Of a stretch of DNA of 64,000 bases, positions 9,187 to 18,860 are shown piece after piece. Location: positions 94,275 through 158,274 of the forward strand of contig CAYWIW010000001.1 of NCBI GenBank assembly GCA_964458425.1, in the 5' to 3' direction. The number at the start of each line of letters is the position of its first letter. Position 1 is the stretch's first letter. Position numbers and translations under genes: made by a program. Under the pieces are notes generated by a model that was not told the origin of the DNA, did not search any database, and saw only the letters and a list, made by a program, of their open reading frames with translations. The DNA is from an uncultured Muribaculaceae bacterium. Lineage in GTDB: Bacteria; Bacteroidota; Bacteroidia; Bacteroidales; UBA932.

Positions 9187-10929
9187 ATGTTACGAAAGAT
9201 GTTCATTCTCACGGCACTGCTGATGGCGGCAGTGTCGGTTGCGGGACAGGAGGCAAGGTCTGCCGGTCCCGCCGAAACCCGACGGAAGGACTCCGAGTTT
9301 GTAAGTGACTACCTCACTCCTACACGGATAATTCTTTCAAAGGGCAACGTGACCGGAGCCGAGAAACTCCTGAAGCCGTATCGCGGGCAGGTTTCCACGA
9401 ACGAACCCGAGGTCTGCGTATTCAAAAACGACAAGAGCGGCGTAAGTTCGATTCTGCTGGATTTCGGAAAAGAAATCCAGGGGGGCATACAGATTGTCAG
9501 GGCGATGTCCGGGGACAAGTCCGCGGCACGATTCCGCGTCTGCTTCGGCGAATCCGTAAGCGAGGCGGTGAGCAGCGTTGACGAGAGCGGCACCACGGCC
9601 ACCAACGAGCACTCAGTCAGAGACTTCGAGATTTCCGTCCCTTGGCTGGGAGCCGCCGAGTACGGCAACACCGGATTCCGGTTTGTCCGCCTTGACCTGC
9701 TTGGCGATGACGCAAAAGCATCACTCGTGACCGTAAGGGCCATCTCCCGCTACCGCGACATTCCATACGTAGGACAGTTCAAATGCAGCGATGAAAGGCT
9801 GAACCAAATCTGGAACACAGGAGCTTACACGGTACATCTGAATATGCAGGACTACCTTTGGGACGGAATCAAACGCGACAGGCTCGTGTGGATCGGGGAT
9901 ATGCACCCGGAGGTTATGGCGGTGAACACTGTCTTCGGCGACCACAAGGTCGTGCAGAAGAGCCTCGACTACGTACGCGAGAGCACCCCGGCGACAGTTT
10001 GGATGAATGGAATATGCTCATATTCATTATGGTGGATCATCATTCACCACCATCTGTACGAGTATTACGGAGACCTCGGCTACCTAAGGGAGCAGCACAC
10101 ATATCTGACAGACCTGCTGCACACGGTAATGTCCAACTTCGACGGCTCAAAAGAGAACTTCAGGAGCGGCAGGTTCATAGACTGGCCGACTTCCGAGAAA
10201 CCGGAAGCCATCCACGCCGGACTACAGGCTCTTTCAGTAAGGGCGATGGAAGCCGGAGCGCGGATGGCCCGATGGCTCGATGACAAGAAACTCGAGGAGG
10301 AGTGTTCCGCCGCGGCCGCCAGACTGCGGGAGTACAGACCGCCGGTCACTTCAAGCAAACAGGCCGCCGCCTTGCTTTACCTTGAGGATCTTGCGGACAA
10401 GGAGCAGGCCCGCAAGGTCATCCTGTCCGGCGGAGCAAACGGGTTCTCCTCGTTTATGGGCTATTATATGCTTGAGGCCCTAGCCAAAAGCGGTGATTAT
10501 GACGAGGCTATGAAGATGATTTCCGACTATTGGGGCGCGATGCTCGATCTCGGAGCCACGACATTCTGGGAAGACTTCGACTATTCAAAGGCGGCGGAGG
10601 CCGGAAGAATCGACGAGATTGTGCCGGAAGGCAAATACGACATACACGCTGACGGAGGAGCCTATTGCTATGTCGGACTCCGCCACAGTTTCTGCCACGG
10701 ATGGGCCTCCGGTCCTACTGTATGGCTAAGTTCCCACGTGCTCGGGATCGAACCTGCGGAACCCGGATTCAGGAAAGTGAGAATAAACCCGCATCTCGGC
10801 TCCCTTGAATGGGCGGAGGGTTCCTATCCGACCCCTTACGGCCCGATAACAGTGTCGCACCGCCGCGCCGCGAACGGCACAGTCAAATCAGACATCCGCC
10901 TGCCGAAAGGCGTGAGGCTCGTGAAATAA
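9187..10929 (+). CDS. Alpha-L-rhamnosidase-like glycoside hydrolase (GH78), secreted
   Basis: Signal peptide; ILLDFGKE, GFRFVR, WDGIKRDRLVWIGD, GATTFWE, SFCHGWASGP, LGIEPAEPGF, PTPYGPI. Start taken at MLRKMF (9187). Confidence 0.9.
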   Translation: MLRKMFILTALLMAAVSVAGQEARSAGPAETRRKDSEFVSDYLTPTRIILSKGNVTGAEKLLKPYRGQVSTNEPEVCVFKNDKSGVSSILLDFGKEIQGGIQIVRAMSGDKSAARFRVCFGESVSEAVSSVDESGTTATNEHSVRDFEISVPWLGAAEYGNTGFRFVRLDLLGDDAKASLVTVRAISRYRDIPYVGQFKCSDERLNQIWNTGAYTVHLNMQDYLWDGIKRDRLVWIGDMHPEVMAVNTVFGDHKVVQKSLDYVRESTPATVWMNGICSYSLWWIIIHHHLYEYYGDLGYLREQHTYLTDLLHTVMSNFDGSKENFRSGRFIDWPTSEKPEAIHAGLQALSVRAMEAGARMARWLDDKKLEEECSAAAARLREYRPPVTSSKQAAALLYLEDLADKEQARKVILSGGANGFSSFMGYYMLEALAKSGDYDEAMKMISDYWGAMLDLGATTFWEDFDYSKAAEAGRIDEIVPEGKYDIHADGGAYCYVGLRHSFCHGWASGPTVWLSSHVLGIEPAEPGFRKVRINPHLGSLEWAEGSYPTPYGPITVSHRRAANGTVKSDIRLPKGVRLVK

Positions 10930-10937
10930 CAGCAAAT

Positions 10938-10977
10938 ACGAAGAAAGCCCGGCGGAACCCGTCGGGCTTTCTTTCGT
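10938..10977. terminator. Bidirectional intrinsic terminator between the GH78 gene and tRNA-Leu
   Basis: AAGAAAGCCCGGC-GGAACC-CGTCGGGCTTTCTT inverted repeat with A/T tracts on both sides. Confidence 0.85.
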
Positions 10978-11059
10978 GCGGTAGGTGAGAGTCGAACTCA
11001 CACGGGCTTGCGCCCACTACCCCCTCAAAGTAGCGTGTATACCATTTCACCACTACCGC
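10977..11059 (-). tRNA. tRNA-Leu(GAG)
   Basis: Reverse complement GCGGTAGTGGTGAAATGGTATACACGCTACTTTGAGGGGGTAGTGGGCGCAAGCCCGTGTGAGTTCGACTCTCACCTACCGCA; anticodon loop TT-GAG-GG and long variable arm. Confidence 0.95.
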
Positions 11060-11086
11060 AAGTATGTCTCCCATCGTTTGGGATTG

Positions 11087-11154
11087 CAAAAATAGGTAAT
11101 ATTCCTGAAAAACCAAAATTTTTTCGATGATAAATTAATATTTTGCTATCTTTG
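11087..11154. promoter_or_regulatory. Divergent sigma70 -7 elements for tRNA-Leu (minus) and rpsP (plus)
   Basis: TATTTTTG on minus (11087-11094); TATCTTTG on plus (11147-11154). Confidence 0.7.
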
Positions 11155-11216
11155 CACGTCTTCACGAGTTGGAGACAACAGGTTAATATTTTATAAACAT
11201 TTAAAACAGATTCACA

Positions 11217-11783
11217 ATGGCTGTTAAAATCAGACTTCAGCGCCACGGTAAGAAGAATTTCGCATTCTTCCACATTGTTGTGGCTGATTCACGCGCACCA
11301 CGCGACGGACGTTTCATCGAGCAACTCGGCTCCTACAATCCAAACACCAACCCTGCCACCATCATCCTTGATGGCGAGAAGGCTCTCAAATGGCTCAATG
11401 TCGGCGCGCAGCCTACACTCGTAGCCCGCAGAATCCTCTCTTACGAGGGAGTTCTCCTGAGAAAGCACCTCGAGGGTGGTATCGCCAAGGGAGCGCTCAC
11501 ACAGGAGCAGGCTGACCAGAAATGGAATGCCTGGAAGGCTCAGAGAGACGCGAAGATCGCCGCCAAGAAGGAGGGTCTTGTAAAGGATGCCGCCGACAAG
11601 GCAAAGGTTGCTCTCGAGGCTGAGAAGAAGGTTAACGCGGAAAGGGCAGAGGCTCTTGCCAAGAAGGCAGAGGAGCTTGCCGAGGCTCAGCGCAAGGCCG
11701 CCGAAGAGGCTGCCGCAGCTAAAGCCGCAGAGGAAGCAGCCGCTGCCGCGGAGGCCGCTCCTGAAGCCCCAGCCGAGGCCTAA
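11217..11783 (+). CDS. rpsP: 30S ribosomal protein S16 with Ala/Glu/Lys-rich C-terminal extension
   Basis: MAVKIRLQRHGKK, IVVADSRAPRDGRFIEQLGSYNP. Confidence 0.98.
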   Translation: MAVKIRLQRHGKKNFAFFHIVVADSRAPRDGRFIEQLGSYNPNTNPATIILDGEKALKWLNVGAQPTLVARRILSYEGVLLRKHLEGGIAKGALTQEQADQKWNAWKAQRDAKIAAKKEGLVKDAADKAKVALEAEKKVNAERAEALAKKAEELAEAQRKAAEEAAAAKAAEEAAAAAEAAPEAPAEA

Positions 11784-11787
11784 TCCT

Positions 11788-12312
11788 ATGACCAGGGCAA
11801 AAACAGAGTTTCTGCGTGTTGCCCGGGTACTGAAGTCCAACGGTACCGACGGCGAAATCCTCATCGGATTCCGCGAGATCAGCCCCGAGGACTTGAACCA
11901 GAAGGAACCGGTGTTCATCACATTCGATGGACTGCCGGTTCCGTTTTTCTTTGAATCATTCTCAAAGAAGGGCGTCAGCAGAGCCCTCGTCCACATCACA
12001 GGAGTCAGAAACCTTCGGGACGCTGAAGAGATTGTGGGCAAAGACATATTCGCCAAACCGGATGCGCTCCTTGAATACGAAAGTGACGATGACGGCCTTT
12101 CTGTGGATGACCTTATCGGATGGACGCTTTTGGACGCAAATAATGAAAAGGTCGGCGAAATCACTGACTATGAGGACATTCCTGGAAACACCTGCATCTA
12201 CGTGGAAACGAAAGACGGACAGGCGATGATTCCTCTGCACGAAGACCTCATCCTGTCCGTCGATGAAGATTCCAAATCCATTTCGGTGTCGGTTCCGGAT
12301 GGACTGCTCTGA
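11788..12312 (+). CDS. rimM: 16S rRNA processing protein RimM
   Basis: Follows rpsP; VFITFDGLPVPFF, DLIGWTL, VGEITD, AMIPLHEDLI, VPDGLL. The true ATG is at 11788. Confidence 0.9.
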   Translation: MTRAKTEFLRVARVLKSNGTDGEILIGFREISPEDLNQKEPVFITFDGLPVPFFFESFSKKGVSRALVHITGVRNLRDAEEIVGKDIFAKPDALLEYESDDDGLSVDDLIGWTLLDANNEKVGEITDYEDIPGNTCIYVETKDGQAMIPLHEDLILSVDEDSKSISVSVPDGLL

Positions 12313-12385
12313 GCCACCCGCTCACGACACACATAAACGTCGGTTACTTAAATCCTTAAAAAACTGTTTCCTGACAACCAGTCGC

Positions 12386-13120
12386 TTAGTACTCCACCGA
12401 GATGCTGGCGACAAGGAAATCCAAGCAGAACGACTCCGGTAATGTGCCGCTTGCTGAGGAAACAGCAAACTTCACGGCATCAACATCGCATTTCCGCGCG
12501 TTTTCCATTTCCCAGGCAGTCCAATCCTTGACGATTTTCTTCTCAGTTCCGCTGTAGTCAACCAGATAGTACTCCTCGGTGCAGACAGGGAGAGAACCCT
12601 TGTAGAATGTCGCCGTCACCTTGAGATAGTCTCCGTCCGCAATCAACCCTTTCTCAGCCAAGGTTTCAATATACTTTGTGTTGTTGATGTAGAAGCCAAC
12701 CACGTTGCACGACGATTTCGTAAAATACTCGGAGTACTTGAACACGATGTCGTAATCCTTAGGGGACGAAGTATAGACCGCATAGGCTTGGTTTTTAGAG
12801 AATCCGACAAACTGGCCGGCCGAGGAAAACATCTGCTGCTCCGCAGGCTCCGAGGCGTCGCCCTTCTTCAACGATACCTTCCAGCCGCCGACGAAACCGT
12901 TGTTTAAATCTTCGCAGGAAGTGCATAATGCGGAATAGCTGTCAAGCAGTACATACTCGCGATAAAACAGGCTGTCAACAACAGGGTAATACTGTGGATT
13001 CTCCGCCACATTGTTGAAAGTCGCAGACAATGTATAACTCATTGTGGAAGGCTCGTTCTTACAAGAGACAGCCACCACACAGATTGCCGCAAGGGCAAGA
13101 AGTTTAATTGAGTTTTTCAT
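12386..13120 (-). CDS. DUF4465-like lipoprotein
   Basis: Lipobox VAVSC; GFYINNT, YLKVTATFY, YLVDY..IVKDWTAW, FCLD. Confidence 0.7.
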   Translation of the reverse strand: MKNSIKLLALAAICVVAVSCKNEPSTMSYTLSATFNNVAENPQYYPVVDSLFYREYVLLDSYSALCTSCEDLNNGFVGGWKVSLKKGDASEPAEQQMFSSAGQFVGFSKNQAYAVYTSSPKDYDIVFKYSEYFTKSSCNVVGFYINNTKYIETLAEKGLIADGDYLKVTATFYKGSLPVCTEEYYLVDYSGTEKKIVKDWTAWEMENARKCDVDAVKFAVSSASGTLPESFCLDFLVASISVEY

Positions 13121-13153
13121 ATTAATAACACTAAAATATTAAAGCTGTCAAAG

Positions 13154-13993
13154 TTACAACATAATTTCAACAGTGCCAACAAAATCGGCCGGGCCGGTAA
13201 GCCAAATGTCTCTGACAGACAACCCGGATCCGGCGCATTCGGGGACAAAATCAACCGAAAGCGATGCTATAGCCGCCTTGACCGCACAGGAGACCCTTCC
13301 ATCCGGACATTCCCTTCCGGCCAGACCTTGTGAATATGCGGCCACAGCCGAAGCGACGATTCCGGTACCGCAGGCCAGGGTCTCATCCTCGACACCTTTT
13401 TCAAATGTACGGATGTCAAGTATGACATCGCCATCCTCCGGCACAGGCTCGACGAAATTCACATTGGTCCCGACCGGAGCAAAGCGCCTGTCGCTCCGAA
13501 GAGCGCGGCCTTCTTCAATGACCGGATACCCTCCAAGTCCGCTGACAAATTTGACAAGATGACGGGTGCCGGTGTCGAGAAAGCAGGCATTGTCTTCAGG
13601 AAAGTATTCAATTTCAGACACATCCCTCATTTTCAGACGTATTGTTCTCCCAGTATGTTCCGACGGAAGCATCTCCGCCTGATGAAGGCCGTCGGGGGCC
13701 TCGAAAAAGACCGGATTCCCGCGGCTGACTATTCCGAGATCGGCGGCAAAAGCCACAATGCAGCGTCCTCCGTTGCCGCACATCATCCCGCCGCTGCCAT
13801 CCGGATTGTAGAAAACCATCCTGAAGGCTGACGAATCACTGTTTTCAAGAAGCATCACACCGTCGGCTCCAAAGCCGGTATGGCGAGCGCACAGATGACG
13901 GACCCGCTCCGGTGTCAGGGTCACGGCACCGGAACGGTTGTCGGCCAGCAGAAAATCATTGCCGGCTCCGTGGTATTTATAGAATTTGTACAT
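13154..13993 (-). CDS. dapF: Diaminopimelate epimerase
   Basis: KYHGAGNDF, GFGADG, MCGNGGRC, DTGTRH, TNVNF, RTFEKGVEDETLACGTG (both catalytic Cys present). Confidence 0.97.
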   Translation of the reverse strand: MYKFYKYHGAGNDFLLADNRSGAVTLTPERVRHLCARHTGFGADGVMLLENSDSSAFRMVFYNPDGSGGMMCGNGGRCIVAFAADLGIVSRGNPVFFEAPDGLHQAEMLPSEHTGRTIRLKMRDVSEIEYFPEDNACFLDTGTRHLVKFVSGLGGYPVIEEGRALRSDRRFAPVGTNVNFVEPVPEDGDVILDIRTFEKGVEDETLACGTGIVASAVAAYSQGLAGRECPDGRVSCAVKAAIASLSVDFVPECAGSGLSVRDIWLTGPADFVGTVEIML

Positions 13994-14002
13994 AACGGAT
14001 TC

Positions 14003-14764
14003 TTACCGGAGCAAGGTTTCCAACTCGACGGAGGCATCGGTCCTGCCGTCACGGTATTTGACTATGACCGGTGTGTAAAGATGAATCCCGGCATCCTTGC
14101 CGAAACCGGAAGCCATCGGACGGCTGCCCGCTACCACGACCGCACCCGGAGGCACGACAGTCTGCCCGGAAGCGCTGCGAGGGACATACTCTCCGGATGT
14201 GGAGTCATAGAGAGCCGTCCCTTTTGTCAGGATCACTCCGGAAGCCAGCACAGCTCCTTCTCCCACAATCGTACCCTCGTATATTCCGCAATTACCACCG
14301 ATGAAAGCATTGTCCTCGACAATCACCGGCAAGGCTCCGGCAGGCTCAAGCACACCGCCGATCTGGGCAGCGGCGGAGATGTGGACATTCTTTCCCACCT
14401 GAGCGCAGGAACCGACAAGAGCGTGGGAGTCGATCATCGTTCCCTCATCCACATACGCCCCGATGTTGACATAGGACGGCGGCATCATAATGACAGAAGG
14501 TGCAAGATAGGAGCCGCAACGAACGCTGCTCCCGCCCGGAACGATACGTACCCTGTCCTCCGGTGAGAACCTATGGAGCGGAAGAGTGTCCTTGTCGAAA
14601 AATGAGTATCCCCCCTCACTCAAATCCTTGAGCTTCCCGACACGGAAACCCTCCAGAATCGCCTCCTTGACCCACGCATTTACCGTCCAGACTCCGTCAA
14701 TCTTCTCGGCCACACGGACTTCGCCGGATTCAAGCCGGCTGCAAAGCATCTGAAAGTCCATCAT
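14003..14764 (-). CDS. dapD: 2,3,4,5-tetrahydropyridine-2,6-dicarboxylate N-succinyltransferase
   Basis: [48 protein letters not shown] hexapeptide repeats. Confidence 0.93.
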   Translation of the reverse strand: MMDFQMLCSRLESGEVRVAEKIDGVWTVNAWVKEAILEGFRVGKLKDLSEGGYSFFDKDTLPLHRFSPEDRVRIVPGGSSVRCGSYLAPSVIMMPPSYVNIGAYVDEGTMIDSHALVGSCAQVGKNVHISAAAQIGGVLEPAGALPVIVEDNAFIGGNCGIYEGTIVGEGAVLASGVILTKGTALYDSTSGEYVPRSASGQTVVPPGAVVVAGSRPMASGFGKDAGIHLYTPVIVKYRDGRTDASVELETLLR

Positions 14765-15630
14765 ACCCCAAGCCCCTCCATAGCTTTTCTCATAGCCTCG
14801 AAAGTAGAAGGGACAGCCTCAGTGAGAGGCAGGCGCATCCCGGCTGCGCAGAGGCCAAGGATGTCAAGCCCGGCCTTCACAGGAATCGGATTGCTTTCCA
14901 CAAAGCAACCGCGGAACAAAGGGTCAAGACGGTCGTTGAGTTTTGCCGCCGTCTCCAGATCCCCGTCAGCCAAGGCACCGACCAGTCTCACCATCAATTC
15001 AGGCGCGATGTTGGAAGCCACGCTGATCACTCCGTCTCCGCCACGCTCCATAATCTGCAATGTCTGGTCATCGTTGCCGCTCAGCACACTGAAGCCCTCC
15101 GGTTTCCCGGAGAGTATCCTGCCAATCTGCTCCAGATTGCCGGAAGCCTCCTTGACGGCGATCACATTCGGAATCTCAGCCAGGCGAAGAGCCGTCTCCG
15201 CAGACATATTCACACCTGTCCTGCCCGGCACATTGTAGGCCACGATGCCTTTGCCGGTGGCGGCCGCGACAGTCCTGAAATATTCAACGATTCCCTCCTG
15301 TGTCGGCTTGTTGTAGTAAGGCACAACAATCAGGAAGGCATCCGGCCCGCAAGCCTCCAGAAGACGGATGTTGCGTATCGTGGCCGCCGGAGAGTTAGTC
15401 CCCGCACCGGCAACCACCGGCCTGTCAGGGCAAAGCTCCCTTGTCATCCGGAGAAGCGCAAGCTTCTCATCGTCGTCCAGACACGGAGTCTCAGCCGTGG
15501 TCCCAAGCGGAACCAGAAAATGCACACCGGCCTCAACCTGTCTTATTACCAGCGCCCTGTACGCATCATAATCGACCTTCCCGTCCTTGAACGGAGTCAC
15601 AAGCGCCGTTCCGCAGCCCTGTAGTATCAT
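14761..15630 (-). CDS. dapA: 4-hydroxy-tetrahydrodipicolinate synthase
   Basis: [38 protein letters not shown]. Confidence 0.97.
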   Translation of the reverse strand: MILQGCGTALVTPFKDGKVDYDAYRALVIRQVEAGVHFLVPLGTTAETPCLDDDEKLALLRMTRELCPDRPVVAGAGTNSPAATIRNIRLLEACGPDAFLIVVPYYNKPTQEGIVEYFRTVAAATGKGIVAYNVPGRTGVNMSAETALRLAEIPNVIAVKEASGNLEQIGRILSGKPEGFSVLSGNDDQTLQIMERGGDGVISVASNIAPELMVRLVGALADGDLETAAKLNDRLDPLFRGCFVESNPIPVKAGLDILGLCAAGMRLPLTEAVPSTFEAMRKAMEGLGV

Positions 15631-16307
15631 ATTCCTTCCTCCTTAAAAAACAGTTCCTTGAATTCGTGGACACCTTGCAGGTTCTCGGTCATAAGCGCCG
15701 CCACGACCGCCCCCTCGGCAAAACCTTTTCTGGAAAAAGCCTCGTGTTCCACGGTGATCCTGTCATTCTCTCCCTCAAAACCGACCGTATGGATTCCGGC
15801 CACCTCACCGACCCTGACGGAAGCCACATCCGGACTTGCGTCCATATTCTCCGCAACCACGGAAGCCAACGACTTCGCGGTTCCGCTCGGAGCGTCCAAT
15901 TTATGAATATGATGCTTCTCGACAATGTACGGGGAATAACCTCCCGCCTTGCCCAGATATTTGGCTATCAATCCGACAGCCGCCGAAAGCACATTCACTC
16001 CCACTGAGTAGTTGGACGAGTGGATCATCGGAGTACCCTGCCTGTTGAAACAGTCCGTCACCTCATCCTTGATGTCGTTCCAGCCGGTCGTACCTATCAC
16101 CGCGGCCTTGAAGTTCTCTGCGATGAACCTGTAATTGCTACGGAAAGCCTCAGGTGTCGTAAAGTCAATGCAGACACATTCCCTGGCAAGAGTCCTGTCA
16201 AACGACGAGATGTCCTCGCTGCATCCGGCGCACTCGATCCCACGGCTTTCCAGCACCTGCTCCACGTTATGCCCCATACGGCCATAGCCGCTTATAACCA
16301 CTTTCAT
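15627..16307 (-). CDS. dapB: 4-hydroxy-tetrahydrodipicolinate reductase
   Basis: GYGRMG, IDFTTP, IGTTGW, SNYSVG, EKHHIHKLDAPSGTA, HEAFSRKGFAEGA. Confidence 0.96.
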   Translation of the reverse strand: MKVVISGYGRMGHNVEQVLESRGIECAGCSEDISSFDRTLARECVCIDFTTPEAFRSNYRFIAENFKAAVIGTTGWNDIKDEVTDCFNRQGTPMIHSSNYSVGVNVLSAAVGLIAKYLGKAGGYSPYIVEKHHIHKLDAPSGTAKSLASVVAENMDASPDVASVRVGEVAGIHTVGFEGENDRITVEHEAFSRKGFAEGAVVAALMTENLQGVHEFKELFFKEEGI

Positions 16308-16312
16308 ATCAA

Positions 16313-17662
16313 TTAATTGAAAATAAAGCTATGTAATCCCTCAAGCGTCACTCCGAGCCTGTCTCCGTCAATGACAAAGCTCTCGCTCATCATATTGGCG
16401 CCCACGTCGGCGAGATAAACCCTGCCGGCAAGCCCTATGACCTTGTCACCAAGCCCATCCAGGCCATAGATGTTCCTGCCGACCACGGAGATGAAAGCCT
16501 TGTCCCTGAAAACAGTGACATCGGCCCATTTCCTGATCTCCTCCACAGCCTCGACAAAGCCGGTAGATTCCTCCGGCACAACCAGTGCGACCTCGGATTC
16601 TGAGGCTTTCGTCAGGACTGTAGGTATTCTCCTCGGATAGAATGACGAAAAGACCTTTCCGAGCATCCTCGTAACACCTTCGATCTTTGAGGAAGATATC
16701 TTCACGAACAGAATCTCGTCCCTCACCGCAATGGATTTGGGCCCGTCCGGAGACTTGTCACCTCTGACAACCCGCGTCCCCTCGCAATCAGGATTCGTCG
16801 AATTCAGGACAAGCACCGGAATATTCCTTTTCCTCGCCGGTTCTATGGTGAGAGGATGCAGCACTCTGGCGCCCATCGCAGCCATCTCCGCGGCCTCCTC
16901 ATAGGAAATCGCATCAATTTTTCTGGTGTCGGAGACAATCCTCGGATCAGCCGTCCTGACACCATCGACATCCGTCCAGATCTCTATTCTCTGCGCGCCG
17001 AGAGCCATTCCGAAAATGGCGGCGGAATAGTCGGAACCCTCAAAACCAAGGACTGACGGCGCTCCGGACTCGGTGGAAGCGATGAAACCCTGGGTCAGGA
17101 CTATGTCCACACCTTTACACTCTGCCCCCACTATTCTCTTGACATTCGCCTCGGTGACATCCAAGTCAGGCCTGGCGTTAAGATAGTTGTCATCGGTGAT
17201 GACCATTCTTCTGGCGTCAATCCACTGGCAGGATATTCCGTTTGCGTTGAACGCGTAGCCTATGATGGTCGATGAGAGCAGCTCACCCGTGGAGATGACC
17301 CTCGCCTTGCTGCGCGGGGACAGCTCACCGATCAGGCACACGCCTCCGACAAATGTCTCAAGCCCCTTGATGAGGTTCTCCACACTCTCCAACGCATTCT
17401 CAAGCAGTTTTGGATTGCCCTGAAGAAGTTGCCCGGCCATCTCGAAATGCCTCTGACGAAGCTGAGACAGAAGCCCGCGCACATTATCCTCGTGCTGCGC
17501 CTCCGCCTCGGCGGCAATGGAGCAAAGCAGCTTGGTCACTTTTGACAACGCCGAGACCACAACCAGCGGTTTGTCCCGCAAACGGCCTCTGACAATGGAA
17601 ATCACCCTTCCGACAGCGTCTGCGTCCTGAACGGACGTACCGCCGAATTTCATTACGATCAT
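16313..17662 (-). CDS. lysC: Aspartate kinase
   Basis: VMKFGGTSV, VVVSA, GELLSS, QGFIAS, GSDYSAA, IWTDVDG, GARVLHP, C-terminal ACT-like region. Confidence 0.95.
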   Translation of the reverse strand: MIVMKFGGTSVQDADAVGRVISIVRGRLRDKPLVVVSALSKVTKLLCSIAAEAEAQHEDNVRGLLSQLRQRHFEMAGQLLQGNPKLLENALESVENLIKGLETFVGGVCLIGELSPRSKARVISTGELLSSTIIGYAFNANGISCQWIDARRMVITDDNYLNARPDLDVTEANVKRIVGAECKGVDIVLTQGFIASTESGAPSVLGFEGSDYSAAIFGMALGAQRIEIWTDVDGVRTADPRIVSDTRKIDAISYEEAAEMAAMGARVLHPLTIEPARKRNIPVLVLNSTNPDCEGTRVVRGDKSPDGPKSIAVRDEILFVKISSSKIEGVTRMLGKVFSSFYPRRIPTVLTKASESEVALVVPEESTGFVEAVEEIRKWADVTVFRDKAFISVVGRNIYGLDGLGDKVIGLAGRVYLADVGANMMSESFVIDGDRLGVTLEGLHSFIFN

Positions 17663-17668
17663 CGCTTG

Positions 17669-18730
17669 TTATTTGTTAAGTCCATTAATAGTTCTAAATA
17701 TTCTCACATACTGGCCCACAGCCTTTTCCAGCTGCGAAAGCAGGACATACTCATTGTCCGTGTGGGCGGTGAGTATCGAGCCGGGGCCGCATATCGCCTT
17801 CATCGGGAACCCGTTCAGCCTCGGAGCGTCGCTGCCGAATGACACAGCCTTCGTCTCTATCCCCCCGACACTATGGAAATACTCCAGCGGGGAATCCCCT
17901 CCGTAAGCCGTGACGGAGATGTCGTGAGGCAACACCTCCGAAAGGACACCGTCTATCAGGCCGTCCGTGGCGAACGTAGTCCGGAAGTAGAGCCTGAACC
18001 TGACCTCAGGACTTAGGATGTTCTGTGGGTTGCCGCTCTCCAGCCTACCGATGTTCCAGGTGGTTTCCCCAAGTATGGGGTCTTCAGGAAACTCAACCGC
18101 TTTCAATGCGTTACAGAATTCCACGAACCTGTCCACAGCACTTATCCCCTGATGCGGGTAGCCGGAATGGCACGCTTTCCCGGGAATGGAGATTCCGAAA
18201 GCCTTGGTACCCTTGCTCGCGGTCACAAGGCAATTGTCGGTCGGCTCCCCCACCAGTACGAACTTTCCTCCCGGACGGGTCAGCGAATATGCCTTCGCCC
18301 CGAACGAGCCGGTCTCTTCACCGGAAAGCAGGAGCAGCCCGAAGTCACGGAATCCGTCCTCGTAAAGCCTTTCGCAGGCGGAGTGCATCGCGGCTATCTG
18401 TCCCTTGGCGTCACAGCTGCCTCTTCCTCTCACAATGGTGTCATCGCACACGGCTGTCACTCCGTCCGGCAGTATGTCACCGGCGCGGACCTCCGCGAAC
18501 TCCGGAGGAATGTAGGGCGGAACCGTGTCCAGATGCGTGCAGAAAACGGATGAAGGGCAACCGGTGCCGGACCAGTCAAACAGAAGGTTCAGCGTGCCGT
18601 CCCCTACCTCATCCGACTGTACCGCGCAATCTCCGAACGGCAGACGCTCCCTGAGGAACTCGGCCAAAGGCCTTTCCTCACCCGATGTCGAAGGCATCGA
18701 CAATATTTCCCGGAACATCCTAAGGTTCAT
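17669..18730 (-). CDS. M20A family metallohydrolase (ArgE/DapE-like), probable acyl-diaminopimelate deacylase
   Basis: HLDTVPP, GRGSCDAKG, GEETG, GEPT, HSGYP, AHTDNE. First gene of the dap operon. Confidence 0.8.
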   Translation of the reverse strand: MNLRMFREILSMPSTSGEERPLAEFLRERLPFGDCAVQSDEVGDGTLNLLFDWSGTGCPSSVFCTHLDTVPPYIPPEFAEVRAGDILPDGVTAVCDDTIVRGRGSCDAKGQIAAMHSACERLYEDGFRDFGLLLLSGEETGSFGAKAYSLTRPGGKFVLVGEPTDNCLVTASKGTKAFGISIPGKACHSGYPHQGISAVDRFVEFCNALKAVEFPEDPILGETTWNIGRLESGNPQNILSPEVRFRLYFRTTFATDGLIDGVLSEVLPHDISVTAYGGDSPLEYFHSVGGIETKAVSFGSDAPRLNGFPMKAICGPGSILTAHTDNEYVLLSQLEKAVGQYVRIFRTINGLNK

Positions 18731-18747
18731 ACACTACACCGTTTTGC

Positions 18748-18755
18748 CAAATATA
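18748..18755 (-). promoter_or_regulatory. -7 element of the dap operon promoter
   Basis: TATATTTG on the minus strand just upstream of 18730. Confidence 0.6.
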
Positions 18756-18860
18756 GTAATTCCTACGTATTTGGTCAAGACAAAAACGAGAAAACGCCTT
18801 GACAACCCGAACGTTTTCCGAATCATCAGGCGCTTTGCAAGCATTCAGACGAACAGCTTC

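Noticed and set aside
10977-11059. tRNA-Leu as the integration site for the left PUL
   Set aside because: No integrase, no duplicated tRNA 3' end seen and no compositional shift.
11520-11783. Low-complexity Ala/Glu/Lys tail of S16
   Set aside because: Typical of Bacteroidetes S16.
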